This document shows, one piece after another, positions 12,351-25,109 of a DNA stretch of 64,000 bases. The notes beneath the pieces are model-generated. The model saw only the letters and a program-made list of their open reading frames with translations. It did no database searches and was not told the origin of the DNA. Numbering within the stretch: position 1 is the first letter of the stretch; every line of letters begins with the position of its first letter. Source of the DNA: Mobula hypostoma. Its lineage: Eukaryota. The stretch spans positions 87,422,001-87,486,000 of the forward strand of contig NC_086097.1 of assembly GCF_963921235.1 (NCBI RefSeq). The letters run 5' to 3'. Position numbers and translations under genes: made by a program.

Positions 12351-13434
12351 GATTTCTGGATTTCATGACAGAGAGACCACAGTCAGTCCGTGTTGGCAGG
12401 AACATCTCTGACTCCATCATACTGAGCACTGGATCCCCACAAGGCTGTGTGCTTAGCCCATTGCTGTTTACACTGCTAACACATGACTGTGCAGCCAGAT
12501 TCAAGGAGAACCTGATTGTTAAATTTGCAGATGATACCACAATGGTGGGGCTCATCAGCAAAAATGATGAAACAATGTACAGGGAGGAGGTCAAACACCT
12601 AGAGAGCTGGTGCAGGGATAACAACTTGATGCTTAATGTCACCAAAACCAGGGAGATGATCGTCGATTTCAGACGGTCTCAGCCTGAGCACACACCCCTT
12701 AGCATCAGCGGCTCCACAGTGGAGAGAGTGGAAAACATCAAGTTCCTTGGGGTGCAGATCTCGGACAATCTCACCTGGTCCAGGAACACCACTGGGATTG
12801 TGAAACAGGCCCAGCAGAGATTGCACTTTCTGAGGAAGCTTAAACAAGCATCACTCCCCATTAACATCCTAACTACATTCTACAGAGGCGTGGTTGAGAG
12901 TGTGCTGACCTTTTGCATCACAACCTGGTACTCCAGCTGCAGTGCTGTCAACAAAAAAGCCTTGCAGAGGGTGGTTAGGGGAGCAGAGAAGGTTATTGGG
13001 GTCTCCCTACCTTCTGTCCAAGACCTCTTTCAGAGTTGATGCCTCAGAAGACACGGTATATCATTAAAGACCCCTCACATCCTCTCCATGAACTGTTTGT
13101 TCTTCTGCCATCAGGCAAACGTTACAGGAGCATCAGAACTAAAACCACAAGGCTACTAAACAGCTTCCTCCCACAGGCAGTCAGACTGCTAAATAGCTGC
13201 TCCACCTGACTTTGCTTTGGACACTTTTAACTTGCACTGGACACTTATAACTTGATTTTAACTGACATGTGGCTGTTGTGTTTTACTATTTATTGTTATG
13301 TTTATTATTCAGTGTTGCGTTTGTTATGTTATGCTTGCACTGCCCCTGAGGAACGTTGTCTCATTCTGCCCTGCAGAGCTGATGACAATAACGTTTTTTG
13401 AATCTTTGAATCTTTGAATCTTTGAATCTTTGAA
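12348..13434 (+). mobile_element. Rex1/Babar LINE 3' half (different subfamily) with (TTTGAATC)n tail
   Basis: ORF 12341-13039 has GSPQGCVLSPLLF, KFADDT, LNVTKTREMIVDFR, KFLG. Then HPLHELF.LLPSGKRYRS and an octamer tandem tail at ~13396-13434. Confidence 0.95.
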
Positions 13435-13884
13435 ATTGTGCTGCTTCAGAGAGGGATTATGCTGAAAGGTCAAAGACTGACTCCAAATGTTTTTTATTCC
13501 AACACTGTTCCAATAAATATCCCAGGATCCTTGGTTATAAGCCACAACACTACTGATTTGGAGGGTCAGAGAAGATTGAGCATAAGGAAGTGTCTCTGTT
13601 TAAGTTCTGAGGCAATGACTGAGTTTCATTGCATGCAAGAGGCTAATTTAGAGAAAATGTCAGGGATTGGATTGTGTCATACTAGTGCGATGAAGGTGAT
13701 TGGAGCATTTAATATTTTTAAAAAAGAATCTTTTCCAATTCTTACATTGGGAAATGTGTGAACTGTTCAGTTTTGGAACACCTGCCCTTAATAAAACGTT
13801 TTCAATTGTTAGCCCTACCTTGATTTGAGTGATAATACTTCCATCAACAAAAATAAATTCCACAGACGTTGTGGTTGTCATGGA

Positions 13885-14125
13885 AACACCCCAGCACTGG
13901 AAGACCCAAAATCAACAACTCAGTAACAGCTTCTTCGATTTCACTGTCATATTTTTGAATGGTTCAGGACGCCATGAACACTACCTCATTACTACACTTC
14001 CTTGCACTTTCTATTTATTTTTGCATTTTTTGGTCATTTTAAGCCTTTTCACTGCACTTCTGCCACAAAACATCAAACATTTCATCATTTAAGTCTGTGA
14101 TAATAAACCTGATTTTGATTCTGAC
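13885..14125 (+). mobile_element. Short Rex-type LINE 3' tail
   Basis: LSNSFF motif followed by a 3' UTR ending AATAAACCTGATTTTGATTCTGA. Confidence 0.6.
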
Positions 14126-14859
14126 ATTTTCTCAGTGGAAAACAGTCAGTGTGTATAGAGTCTTCTGATAGCTGGGTCCTACACAAAGTCTGCATTAATA
14201 GAATCCATGTGGCCATTAGACCTAAACTGATGGACAAATGCAGACATCACACGAAAGAATATTTCTTCATCAATGTGCAGTTGGTATCCTGTATATTATT
14301 TATGTTATCGAGAGAGAAACTGTGATGCTTTCATTATGCAGCAGTTCACCTGTTCCAAGACAGGTGCTGGTTGAGCTTCTAGGAATTCCTTTCTCTGCAG
14401 GCTTCAGGGTATTCATAGCCATTCTCACAATTGCTCTGTTCTGGTATTGTAAGAGCTAAGATTTAGCTTTAAAAAAAGATTATTTTATAAAAAGTCTACT
14501 ATCCCAGAAAACTTTAGTATCCCTCTCCAATTTTTAAATGTCTTGCAGAGCATCATAGCCAATCAGGTTCTTTAGGAACCTTTATTTAGTTATTTGTATT
14601 AGTCACCCCATTGACAATTCCCAGACAGTTTCTGTTTAAAGTAAGAATATGCATCTATTTATATCAACTGTAATTCACAACACATTACAATATTTTATAA
14701 AGTTCTCTTGTTGAAATTTTCAGATTAACAAACACATGGCAGCAAAAATCTGATACAAACAAGTGTGTCGTCTGATTTAATTTCACATTGAAAAGAAGAG
14801 GCAATACAGATGAAATTGTAAAGCATAAAGGACAAGTACAGAGAGAGCTAACAAAAGTT

Positions 14860-16170
14860 GAAGAGAATCTTCAAAAGTGGCAGGAAAGCAATGAAATCTA
14901 ATAGGCAAGAGAATCCCTATATTTGGAAGCATAAAATATAATAGTGAGGATGTTGTACTAAACAATTACAAAACAATGGACAGTTAGCAGTTGAAGTACT
15001 GTAATTGGCTCTGGCTCAACATTTTCAGAGGATTATCAAGGCTTTAGAAAGAGTGCAGTGGAGATTAAATAAAAGTGTCAGTGATGAAAGACTGGGAAAG
15101 TGAAATAGGTGGAGTGGTTCTCCATACAGCAGAAAAAAAAATTGCAGAGAAATTTGAGAGAAGGCTTTGATAGGATATATAAGGAAAAGTAACTTTTTGC
15201 AGCAGAAAATTTGACAACTATAGGAAAGAGATTCAAAGTGATTGGCATAAGAGCCAAGGGTGGCACGTGCAAAACAAAAGTAAGTTGTTATGTTTTAGAA
15301 TGTGCTGCTTCAAAAAAGATGAAAACTTACCAAAAAAAAAGTGCTTGAAGTGTAAAATCTTGTAGGCCAATTGGAAATACCAGAAAAATGGGACAAATTG
15401 AATACCTCTTTCAAAGATCTGGCACAGGAACATTAGATTTAATGGCCTTTTTATGACTCTATGATTCTTAATATTGTTTTATATCTGCTGCATTTAGTAT
15501 TATTGGCAGGGATCCAATGGTTTTTAGATTGACAAGTGGACTGTAACACCAGAAAAGTTTTTTTTTGTTCCACTTACCTTTGAGTAGCCAATTTTGTGGC
15601 TACAGCTGGCAGTGTAACTCTCCAGTAATACAAATATAAAGCTAACAACTCAATTTTCTATGATAATAATGTCCTGAATTGCAAAGATGTTGGTGACGTA
15701 ATCATGGAGTACTGTGAACTGATTCGGTTCTCTCATTGAATAAAAGATAAACTGACATTAAAGGTAGTCAAAACAGATTCATGCAGCCAATACCTGGAAC
15801 AAGAGGATGTTCCTATTACAAGTGACCGGTTAAGTTGGATCTATATTCTTTTGAGTTCTGAAGAATCAACTGTAATCTTGATGACCAATGTAAGATTCAT
15901 TGGGTACATGACAGGATAGATGCTAAGAAGCTTCCACTCATGAGAGAGTCTCAAATGAAGTTCAGTTAAATAAGAATATAGTCGCTTAAAACACAGATGT
16001 AGGAATTATTCTCACCAAAGATAATGAACCTTAAGGATTCCCTGTTTCAGAGAACTGTTGAGGGTAAATCAATGGAGGTACTTAAAAGGCAGATAAATAG
16101 ATTGTGGACTCTTTTGAAATCTGGGCAGGTTTGAGGAGATAGATGGCCTCCTTTTGTTTTGTATTCTTAT
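14860..16170 (+). mobile_element. Two heavily decayed CR1 3' fragments (~14860-15470 and ~15790-16170)
   Basis: Remnants such as SIKYNSEDVVLNNYKT, KALERVQWR and GSIFF*VLK resemble the CR1 C-terminus at 53131-53643. Confidence 0.55.
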
Positions 16171-16390
16171 TTTGCTGACCTCATGAAACAGTATCAGCAT
16201 GCACTATTCAATTTCGACAATGTCACTGAGTTACTGCCTTCATTCAAATAATGGAGGGAGAGTTCACACCAGTCCATTAATTCAGCCTTCTTAACATTTA
16301 AAGCCCAGGTAACCTACTTGATGTTCATGTTTTTGATTTCATCATAGTGCTAGATATATTAAAAAAGAAATACCTTTCTACTTCTGCACA

Positions 16391-17738
16391 TGTAATGTCC
16401 TGGGTAAGGTTTCTGCTAAGCTGTTGAGTATTTTTGCTTTAACAGTTTTCTGTAAAAACATTGTGTCCTGCTGGTAAGAGTGTTTTGGCTTGGGCCAAAG
16501 ATAGGGAGCCATAATGCCAACTTAGGAATGTTGTGTCAGCCAATCAGAACTATCTGGGTACGTGTTGTAACTTTCTGCCCATCGTCAGGGGAGACCCTAA
16601 TGCAACAAGTGCTTTGCAAGATGAGGGATTCCAAGAAGGGAAGCTTACCTATAGTTGGTGATGGGAATTCAATGCCGTGAGTAAAGAGATACACCAGCTA
16701 CTACAGAAACGAGCTCCAACGTTTATGTGCTCATTTAGACTGGTTATCTTTTTTATTAATTGTTTGATAAAGTTGAAATTGGTAAATATACATTTTTTGT
16801 AATTTTATTCGATCTGCCATTTCTTGACGAACAATATCTCAGTATGGGCAGTATCTTTTTAGATTAGATTAGATTATGCGGACACGCAGTCCTCTTTTAT
16901 TGTCATTTAGTAATGCATGTATTAAGAAATGATACAATTTGTTCCTCCAGAATGATATCACAGAAACACAAGACAAACCAAGACTAAAAAAAATTGGCAA
17001 AAACCACATAATTATAACATATAGTTACAACAGTGCAAAGCAATACCGTAATCTGATGAAGAACAGACCATGGGCACGGTAAAAACAATCTCAAAGTCTC
17101 TCGAAAGTCCCATCATCTCACGCAGACTGTTGAAGGGAGAAACTCTCCCTTGCATGAGCTTCCAGTGCTGCAGACTTGCTGATACAGCATCCTGGAAGCA
17201 CCCGACCACAGTCTGACTCTGAGTCCGTCCGAAAACTTTGAGCCTCTGACCAGCCCTCCGACACTGAGCACCAAGCACCATCTCTGCCGAGCGCTTCGAC
17301 CCCAGCTCTGGCAACAGGCAACAGGCAAAGCCGAGGATATGGGGCCTTCCCCTCCGGAGATTCTCAATTGCACAGTAGCAGCGGCAGCGAAGCAGGCATT
17401 TCAGAAGTTTCCCCAGATGCTTTTCCGTGCTTCTTCACATCTGTCTCCATCAAATCAGGATTGTGCACGGCCCCTATTTAACAATACAATATCATTTGGA
17501 GCGGCCGTGCATGCTGCGTCATGCCGTCATCTTCTTCTCTCCTCCAATTCGCTACAATCAATGTTCCTTAATTGAACATCCTAATCTCCCAATCTTCTAG
17601 TCTGGTTGAACCCAATTCCTACTGACTCTAGACGTATTTTGTTTATAAAAGGTGGCTTCTCACTGTGGAGTCACGCGGCTGTTACCAGAGTTAGCTACCA
17701 AGCCAAGCTGTTATACAAGCTCCAGTGAGAGGGCTGCA
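16391..17738 (+). repeat. 5' LTR (interrupted by a ~690 bp insert)
   Basis: TG...CA termini. Shares blocks such as GCCAACTTAGGAATGTTGTGTCAGCCAATCAGAACT and CAGTGAGAGGG with 24258-25056. Confidence 0.9.
16856..17547 (-). mobile_element. Non-autonomous LINE-tailed retroposon inside the 5' LTR
   Basis: Absent from the 3' LTR. Minus strand starts GGAGAGAAGAAGATGACGGC and ends AATAAAAG...(TCTAA)n. No coding capacity. Confidence 0.75.
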
Positions 17739-17740
17739 TT

Positions 17741-17760
17741 TGAGGAGACTTGTCTGGAAT
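17741..17760 (+). promoter_or_regulatory. Decayed primer binding site, tRNA-Pro-like
   Basis: TGAGGAGACTTGTCTGGAAT lies just after the LTR CA. It resembles TGGGGGCTCGTCCGGGAT with CpG-type changes. Confidence 0.55.
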
Positions 17761-19009
17761 TCAGATGCTGCGTGAATGCTGTAAAAGGATTGATTAAACA
17801 GTTTATTTGTATATTTACTTAAGCCACTGTTTACACTCACGATTGTGGAAAGTGAGGTGTATTGTAATTAATCTGCAGAATTCCTGTTGTTTGTATTGTA
17901 ATTAAGGAGCTTTTTATGTTTGGTGCAATTCGAAGACGTTATCCACAAGTATTGCTTGTGTTATGCGCGGGATGGATATTCAAATTCCCGATGAACTGCT
18001 ATTTAGAGTAAAATTATTGGGGAAAGTTACACTGGTTGAATGGTGTTATGACCAATCAGCTGGTAAGGATGTTGTGACTGAAGTTGTGCTGCCCATTAGG
18101 ATAGTGGCTCCCAGAGAGGTGGGGCCATGGCCAGTCCATATTTTTAAAGAAGGGTGTAATGTATCTGAGGGTGAAGACTTTAAAGACAAGTTGTTCTCAT
18201 TTCTGAGAAGTAAAGAAAAGGAGTTGTCTAATGTGAAAGATCTAATGGGTCCTTCAGTGGTTGATTTAAATTCTGAGCTAGTTTCCGCAATAACGTCACT
18301 GGTTGATAAATGGCGAAGTGTATGCAGAGAGCCAAAGTTATTGTAGGCTGCGAGTGTTCTGTGGAGTCAAGACCATCTCTGATGGGGAAGAAGAGTATGA
18401 GGCTTGGGTGTAGCAGGCAACTCTGTAACTGGATGAGTGGCAGTGCTCAAATTTGAAAAGACTGTGATTGGTAAAGGGTTTAAAAAGTCCAGCTGCTGAG
18501 GTGATGGCAGAAAAGGCAGAAACCCATTGGCCACGTCTGTGAACTACATGCAAGTGTTGGAAAATGTTTTTGACATGGTGGTCCTCCCTGCTAAACTTAT
18601 AATGAAATTGAGGCACACATTCCAGGAGAAAGGGGAGATACTTTCTGCCTACATTTTCAGGCTAGAGAGATAGCTGCATTGCTTGTGCCATAAGGGGGCT
18701 ATTCAACTGGTAGAGATAAATTGATTAAGGATGGCGCAAGCTGTGAAGGGCACACTGTCACATGACGTGATTGCTTTAAGCATTCAAATAACTTACAAGA
18801 CACGTCCCCCTCCCTTATTTGTTGAGCTGATCAGAGAAGTAAGAGAGGAGGAAACTATGATGGAGGAATGGGAGGCCTCCACCAGCTGGGTAATGTCCCC
18901 AGTAGTAGCCTCCATTGCTGAAGTGAGCCCTGATGCCACACAAGTGAGGGTTTTGCAAGATGAGGTGAAAAACAGGCAAACCAAGGTAACTTGGTTGATA
19001 ACAACAGGA

Positions 19010-19274
19010 ATTCTGCAGATGCTGGAAATTCAAGCAACATACATCAAAGTTGCTGGTGAACGCAGCAGGCCAAGCAGCATCTATAGGAAGAGGTACAGTC
19101 GACGTTTCAGGCCGAGACCCTTCGTCAGGACTAACTGAAGGAAGAGTGAGTAAGGGATTTGAAAGCTGGAGGGGAAGGGGGAGATGCAAAATGATAGGAG
19201 AAGACAGGAGGGGGAGGGATAGAGCCGAGAGCTGGACAGGTGATAGGCAAAAGGGGATACGAGAGGATCATGGG
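19010..19274 (-). mobile_element. Solo Penelope pLTR insert in gag
   Basis: Reverse complement of the 3' end of 48874-50019. ACAGGA flanks both ends (19004-19009 and 19275-19280). Confidence 0.93.
19097..19132 (-). ncRNA. Minimal type I hammerhead ribozyme motif (intact core)
   Basis: Minus strand reads AGTC CTGACGA AGG-GTCTCGG-CCT GAAA CG TC GACT. Confidence 0.8.
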
Positions 19275-19516
19275 ACAGGAGCTGTAGGACGTACTAAGTC
19301 AAGGAATGCTTTTGATGAGGGAAGCACCGGTATTTTCTGTTACAACTGTGGACAGGATGGACACTTCAAGTGGGAGTGTGAAGGACAGGAGAAGTAACCC
19401 AACAGTTGCTTAAACAAAAAAAGGAGGTCCAGAAACTTTGGTGGAACTCTGTAAGGAAACAGACTGGTGTCTTGCAGAGGACGCGTTCCAATCAGTATAT
19501 CAAGGGAAATACTAAA

Positions 19517-22500
19517 ATGCAAAACCCCATTCCTGAAGGTTTAGTGGGACAAGCTTGGGTGTATCCATACAGATTGAGGGTATTTATGCTAGATCCATAC
19601 TTGACAGAGGTTCTCAGGTTACTTTACTTTACAGATCCTTTTACAACCAGTATTTGACGCATTTACCATTTTCGCCACTCAATGCCCTAGAAATTTGGGA
19701 CCTTAGTACTGATGATTACCTGTATGATGGTTACTTGTTTTTGAAACTGGGTTTTTGGAAGCAGATGCTGGAGTAGCTGAGACCATTGACACATTAGTGT
19801 TTGTCTGTCCGGATCTGCTTGATAAAGGGGAAGCTTTCATTCTTGTGGGAACAAATGCTTCCATCGTGAGAAGGCTCACGGGAGCACGCAATAAGAGAGG
19901 GGGTGGAAATTTTTTGAAAACCTTGTCCATTCACCCAGTGGTCAGAGCTGCTTTTGAGAAGTTGCAAGTTCCTCCTAAGCAGGATGATGAGCATAAATGA
20001 GGAACTGTGTGGTACACCTAGTTCAAACCCTCAGACCCATCATGTTACTTCCTGGGGAAGTATCTTGAGTGATGGGAAATCCCAAATTCCCCAGAATGCC
20101 TGTTGCTGAGGCCCTCCTATTGGATACTCTGGAGTATCAGGAAGGAGAGTTGCTTTTACCTGCTGGAGTGCCGGTGAGACCTGAACTACAGAAACCTTCG
20201 GCTGGCCACACAAAAATGCTGACAGTGATTGTCAAGAATACCTCAGTAAGGGAAGTTATCATTTCATTTTTAAAATTTTTTATTAATTATTATTAAAGAT
20301 CAACAAAAAATACATTAAGGTAATCAAGTCAACCTGTCAATATATACAATGAAGAATCAAATTACCAAATAACTGATTAACAAAGCTATACAATATATCA
20401 ATAATAAGAAGAAAAAAATAAAGTGTTAAGAATTTTTTTTAGGAAAAAAAGAAGAAAAAGAACCCCTACTAACTAAAACAAAAAAAAAACCCAGCTGCTA
20501 ACAAAACAAAACAAAACAAAACCCCATTGGGAGCACAACCCCGGAGCTATACACCACACAAGCTTCCATAAAAGAAAAACATCAATCTGCCAACTCATAT
20601 CCATTTAAACAAAAATCAGAAGGAAACCATCTTAATTATCTCAAATCAGATGATAGTAGCAGGCAGACAGGTGATGCCAATGGCAAATCTTTTCCCTGTG
20701 ACAGTAATGTTTATTTTTCCAGTGAGAAAACTGGAAGAGAGATAGTCTCCTACATCGGGGCAAAGTTAACAGCAAAGTTGTTCAATGCTGGTGACTCCCC
20801 GGTACTCAAGCAATGGAAAAGGAGACTAACTGAGAAGATGTTGAAGCTCAAAGATGTCTTTTCTACTGACAAGTTTGATGTGGGTTGCTCCAAAGGTACT
20901 CGCCGCACTATTAGAGTGACAGAGGATGCCCCTTTCAGAGAGGCATCTCGACAGCACCTGCGGAGGTTGAGGATGTTCCTGCTGAAGCTGAAGAAAGCTG
21001 GAATTATCACTGAGTTGCGAAGTCCCTATGCATCACACATGGTGGTGGTGAGGAAGAAGAAAGGGAAGGCATGAATGTGTGTTGAGTATCAGACACTGAA
21101 CAGACGTACAGTCCCAGACCAATACACTGTTCAATGGATCAAGGATGCTCTGGTCTACCTGAGTGGAGCAAAATGGTTCAGTGTGCTGGATCAAAGGAGC
21201 AGGTATTATCAGATACCCATGAGTGAAGCTGATAAATAGAAGATGGCGTTCATATGTCTACTTGGATTTTTTCAGTTTGATAGAATGCCCCAGGGCATAT
21301 CAGGAGCACCATTTTCAACTTGTCGTGGAGAAGACTGTTGAGGCATGAACCGGCTTGATGTACTGGTGTACTTGGATGATCTCATAGTATTCAGGTCCAT
21401 GGGGGAGTATGAGGTGAGACTGCTGAAGGTGTTAGACCACCTGAAAGCTGAGGGTTTAAAACTGTCAAACTACAAGTGCCAGTTCTGTAAGACGTCAGTC
21501 AACTATGTCGGGCTCATAGCCTGTCAGGATGGAGTGGCTATGGATTTATCCAAGACAGAGGCAGTAACTACATGGCCAAGCCCCAAGAATGTGAGTGTCC
21601 TATGTTCATTCCTTGGATTTTGTGGATACTACTGGAGATTTGTGAAGAACTACTCCAGAATAACCCACCCTTTGAATCAGTTTCTGTGAGAAAAAGACAA
21701 GGTTTATCTTAGCCCTACAGAGCCTTCCAGAGAAATTTGGGATGCAAAGCTTGAAGAGGCATTTCAACTGCTGAAAGAGTTGCTGGCTAAGTCACTTGTG
21801 CAGGCCTTTGAAAGCCCACAGTTGCAGTATGTATGCCAGCCGTGAGGGATTAGGCAGTGTTCTATATAAAGACCAAGGTAAAGGATTGAGACTCGTTGTT
21901 TTTGTCAGCCAGAGTCTGTCACCACCTGAACGAAACTTTCTGGCATTGAACTGGGCAGTGGTGGATGAGTTAAGTGACCATCTAAACAGTGCCAAGTTTG
22001 GGGGGTGGACTGACAACAATCCACTTATACCTTGACCTTGGTGTTTGGATGCCACAGGGTCATCGTTGGTTGGTGGTGTTGTCTGCTTATGATTTCAGCC
22101 TGAATTATCGGCCAGGGAGCTGGAACATGGATGGGGATGTGTTGTCCTAGCGTTCGCAAAAGATGCCGGAAAAGGATGGAAAGTGGGAGGGCATTTCTGC
22201 CTCTGGTGTTGAAGTAATGTGCCTATTTTCTACAGTGGGGAAATTAGATACAAAGCCTGATGGAGATGTGGATCATTTGGGAGCTTCTAGTTATGGCATT
22301 TCACAAGCATATTATAATTTGATCACTCTGAATAAGAAGCAGTTGTCCATCTTGAGTCCTGCAGTATTGGCAGCAGCCCAGCAAGACGACCCTTGTATAG
22401 GTGTTGTTTGGTTATCTGCTGGCAACGGGGATGTGGCCCAAGTTGAGAAGACAAACACCCTACCATACCCCTACTGATGAGGGAACAGGACAAAATGGAG

Positions 22501-23640
22501 TTGAGGAACAAAATTTTATGCAGGGCCATCTCTCCTCCAGACAGACCTTGGCGTTCCCAGTTGGTTTTGCCTGAGACCTACCAGAGGATTGTACTAATGT
22601 CACTTCATGATGACTCAGACCATTTGGGGTTTGACAAGGTCTACGGATTGGTCGAGATCAGTTCTATTCACACTGAATGAAGGTTGAAGAGAACTATAAA
22701 GTGTGCATCTGATGTATTTGGAGGAAGACTCTGCCAGCGAGAGTTGCTCCATCATCTCACTTACAGATTATGGGACCACTTGACTTAGTGTGTATAGATT
22801 TCCTCTCAACAGAGCCTGATTCCAGTAACATTGTGACTGTCTTGGTCATCATGGATCATTACAACAGATATGCTGAAGCCTTCCCCACGGAGAATCAGAG
22901 AGCATCCACAGCTGCCAAAGTGTTATGGGAAAAGTATTTTGTTCATTACAGCCCCCAAGAAGGATACACAGTGAGCAGGGAAGGGATTTTGAGAGTCGGC
23001 TCATACATGAGTTACTGAGCATGCTTGGAGTCGAGAAGTCGAGGACCGTGCCATATCACCCTCAGGGTGTACTTCAGCCTGAAAGGTTCAACTGGACATT
23101 GTTAGACATGCTTGGAACCCTGGATGCCAACAAAAACAACAAGTGGAGTTAGCTTATTAGGCATTTAGTACACTGCTACAACTGTACACAAAATGAAGCT
23201 ACTGGCTACTCATCATACTGGTTGATGTTTGGAGGCGAAGCAAGATTACCAGTAGATCTGTGTTTTGGAACCGGCAGTGAAGGCTTGCCGCAGAAGATTT
23301 ACCTCAAGTATGTGCCTAATATTAGTAAAGAGCTGCAAACAGCTTATGAGCTAGCAGTGGTTTCTGTTACAAGCAAAACCAAGGAAACAAGAGAAGATAT
23401 CATCAAAAGATTAGGTTCTCTTAACTGATGCCTGGTGACAAAGTTTTAATAAGAGTTTTGGGGCTACCAGGGAAGCGTAAGTTGGCTGACCCCTGGGTTT
23501 CTATGCCTTGTGTAGTGGAGAACCAGATGCCAAATTTGCCAGTTTTCCAGATGAAGCCAGAAAATGGGAATGGTTCCATCAAAATTCTCCATCAGAATCA
23601 CCTTTTACCCCTAGGGCAGTAGAGCCTGACTCGGAACCTA
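19517..23640 (+). pseudogene. pol remnant: protease, RT, RNase H, integrase
   Basis: ILDRGSQV (protease); SPYAS..VVVRKK, VYLDDLIVF (21369-21380), SFLGFCGYY (RT); ASREGLGSVL, WTDNNPL (RNase H); HDDSDHLG, CIDFL, IHSEQGRDFES, PYHPQG..PERFN (integrase). Confidence 0.93.
20261..20668 (-). mobile_element. L1 3' UTR fragment inserted in pol
   Basis: A-rich block related to 32705-33150 (shared ACTCCCGGAGC/ACCCCGGAGC and CCCYACTAACTA). AATAAA lies at its minus-strand end. Confidence 0.75.
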
Positions 23641-24257
23641 CAGCTAGCAGGAGAACAGAAGGCAATAGGCGGACAGCAGTGTGATTTCAGTGGAAAGACC
23701 TGAAGAGGAAGCAGCCTCTGAGTACTGTTCAGACTCATAGAGGATGAGGAAATGGGACTGTGGTATGCTTTACCTTATGCAAACTCGCCGAGAATTGATA
23801 AAGAGATTTCTGAATCTCCCAGCCCTGACTCAGATGTAGTGGGGAGGACTACCAGAGGACAGTCAGATGTGATAGTAGGCTGTGAGAGGAAACTGGGCTC
23901 CAGTGTAATTGGGGATGAATCTGATTTCAGAGAGGTGGCAGAGGTTCCTGAGTTGCTGGAAGCTACGAGCGATAGATGAGGGAGGCATCCCCTAGTAGAT
24001 AGGGATGGTCACAACAAGTGGTTGAAGCTGAAAAAGCTGAAGATGAGATAAGGATGCTTCAGAGAGTCAGGAAGCCCTCAGAAAAGCTGACATATGATGC
24101 ACTGGGGAAACAAAGTGTTGCATCCATCCCAATAGTAAGATATATTACCTCCATTTACAAATGGATTGGGAGTCCTGAAATCAGGAAATTAATTTGAACA
24201 CTTTTTTTAATAAGTTCCAAAATCATGAGGGCATGGCTGTTTTTGGTAGGGGGAGAA

Positions 24258-25056
24258 TGAAAGATTTCTACTGCTGTGCTGTGTGTTTTTTTTACTTGAA
24301 CAGTTTTCTGTAAAAATAGTGTGACCTGCTGTTAAGTGTTTTGGCTTGAGCCAAAGATAGGGAACCATGATGCCAACTTAGGAATGTTGTGTCAGCCAAT
24401 CAGAACTGTCTGGGTATGTGTTGTAACTTTCTACCCAGTGGGATGTGAGAGAAGGTTCTAGAGAGCTGGGCAGGATGTTTCTGAAGGACAGTAGTCTTTT
24501 GGTGGAAGGTGCGGAGAGAAGAGTGCCAGGCAAGACGCCTGGATGATCCCATCTGAAGGGGAGACCTTGCAAGGAGTGTCTTGCAAGATGAAGGATTCCA
24601 AGAAGGGAAGTTTTACCTGTGGTTTCTGATAGGAATTCTGCGCCGTGAGTAAAACAATACACCAGCTACTACAGAACTGAGCTCCAATGTCTGTGCACAT
24701 TTAGACTGGTTAAATGTAATGGGCACTTTTATTTTGTTCTTTCCTCTCCTACTAATTGTTTGATAAAGTTGAAATTGGAAAAGATACATTCTTTGTAATC
24801 TTGTACTGGTGTACAATCTGTCACTTCTTGGCATCCGATAATTGGGTATGGGCAGTATTTACACAGTATTCACTACGATCAATGTTCCTTAATTGAAAAA
24901 CTCCAACCTTCCGGTTTGGTTGAACCCCAAATCATACCAACCCTAGGTATATTTTGCCTACGTAAGCTAGCCTTCACACTGCTGAGTCACATCACTGTTA
25001 GCAGAGTTAGCTAAAGAGCCAAGTTGGTATACGAGTCTCAGTGAGAGGGTTGGACA
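24258..25056 (+). repeat. 3' LTR preceded by polypurine tract (24248-24257)
   Basis: AGGGGGAGAA then TG; ends GGTTGGACA, followed by the CACA TSD. Confidence 0.92.
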
Positions 25057-25109
25057 CACAATGTTAGAACTGAAAACTCCTGGGTCACTTATTCTTTGGA
25101 CTATACGCA

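Larger units (their letters stand above)
17900..19397 (+). pseudogene. gag remnant, PNMA/Ma-like capsid plus CCHC zinc knuckle
   Basis: RLRVFCG...GEEEYEAWV*QA...EWQCS, PPPLFVELIREVREEE; CYNCGQDGHFKWEC at 19338-19379; many stops. Confidence 0.85.
16391..25056 (+). mobile_element. Complete but decayed Ty3/Gypsy LTR retrotransposon with PNMA-like gag
   Basis: Two homologous LTRs, CACA TSD (16387-16390 and 25057-25060), PBS-like and PPT sites, and gag-PR-RT-RH-IN remnants in order. Confidence 0.95.

Noticed and set aside
14238..14459. Small membrane-protein-like ORF or minus-strand exon 14350-14455
   Set aside because: Weak splice signals, no recognisable homology, and length within chance range.
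15573..15660. Perfect minus-strand donor AAG|GTAAGT
   Set aside because: No convincing acceptor with an open frame; such motifs are expected by chance in 64 kb.
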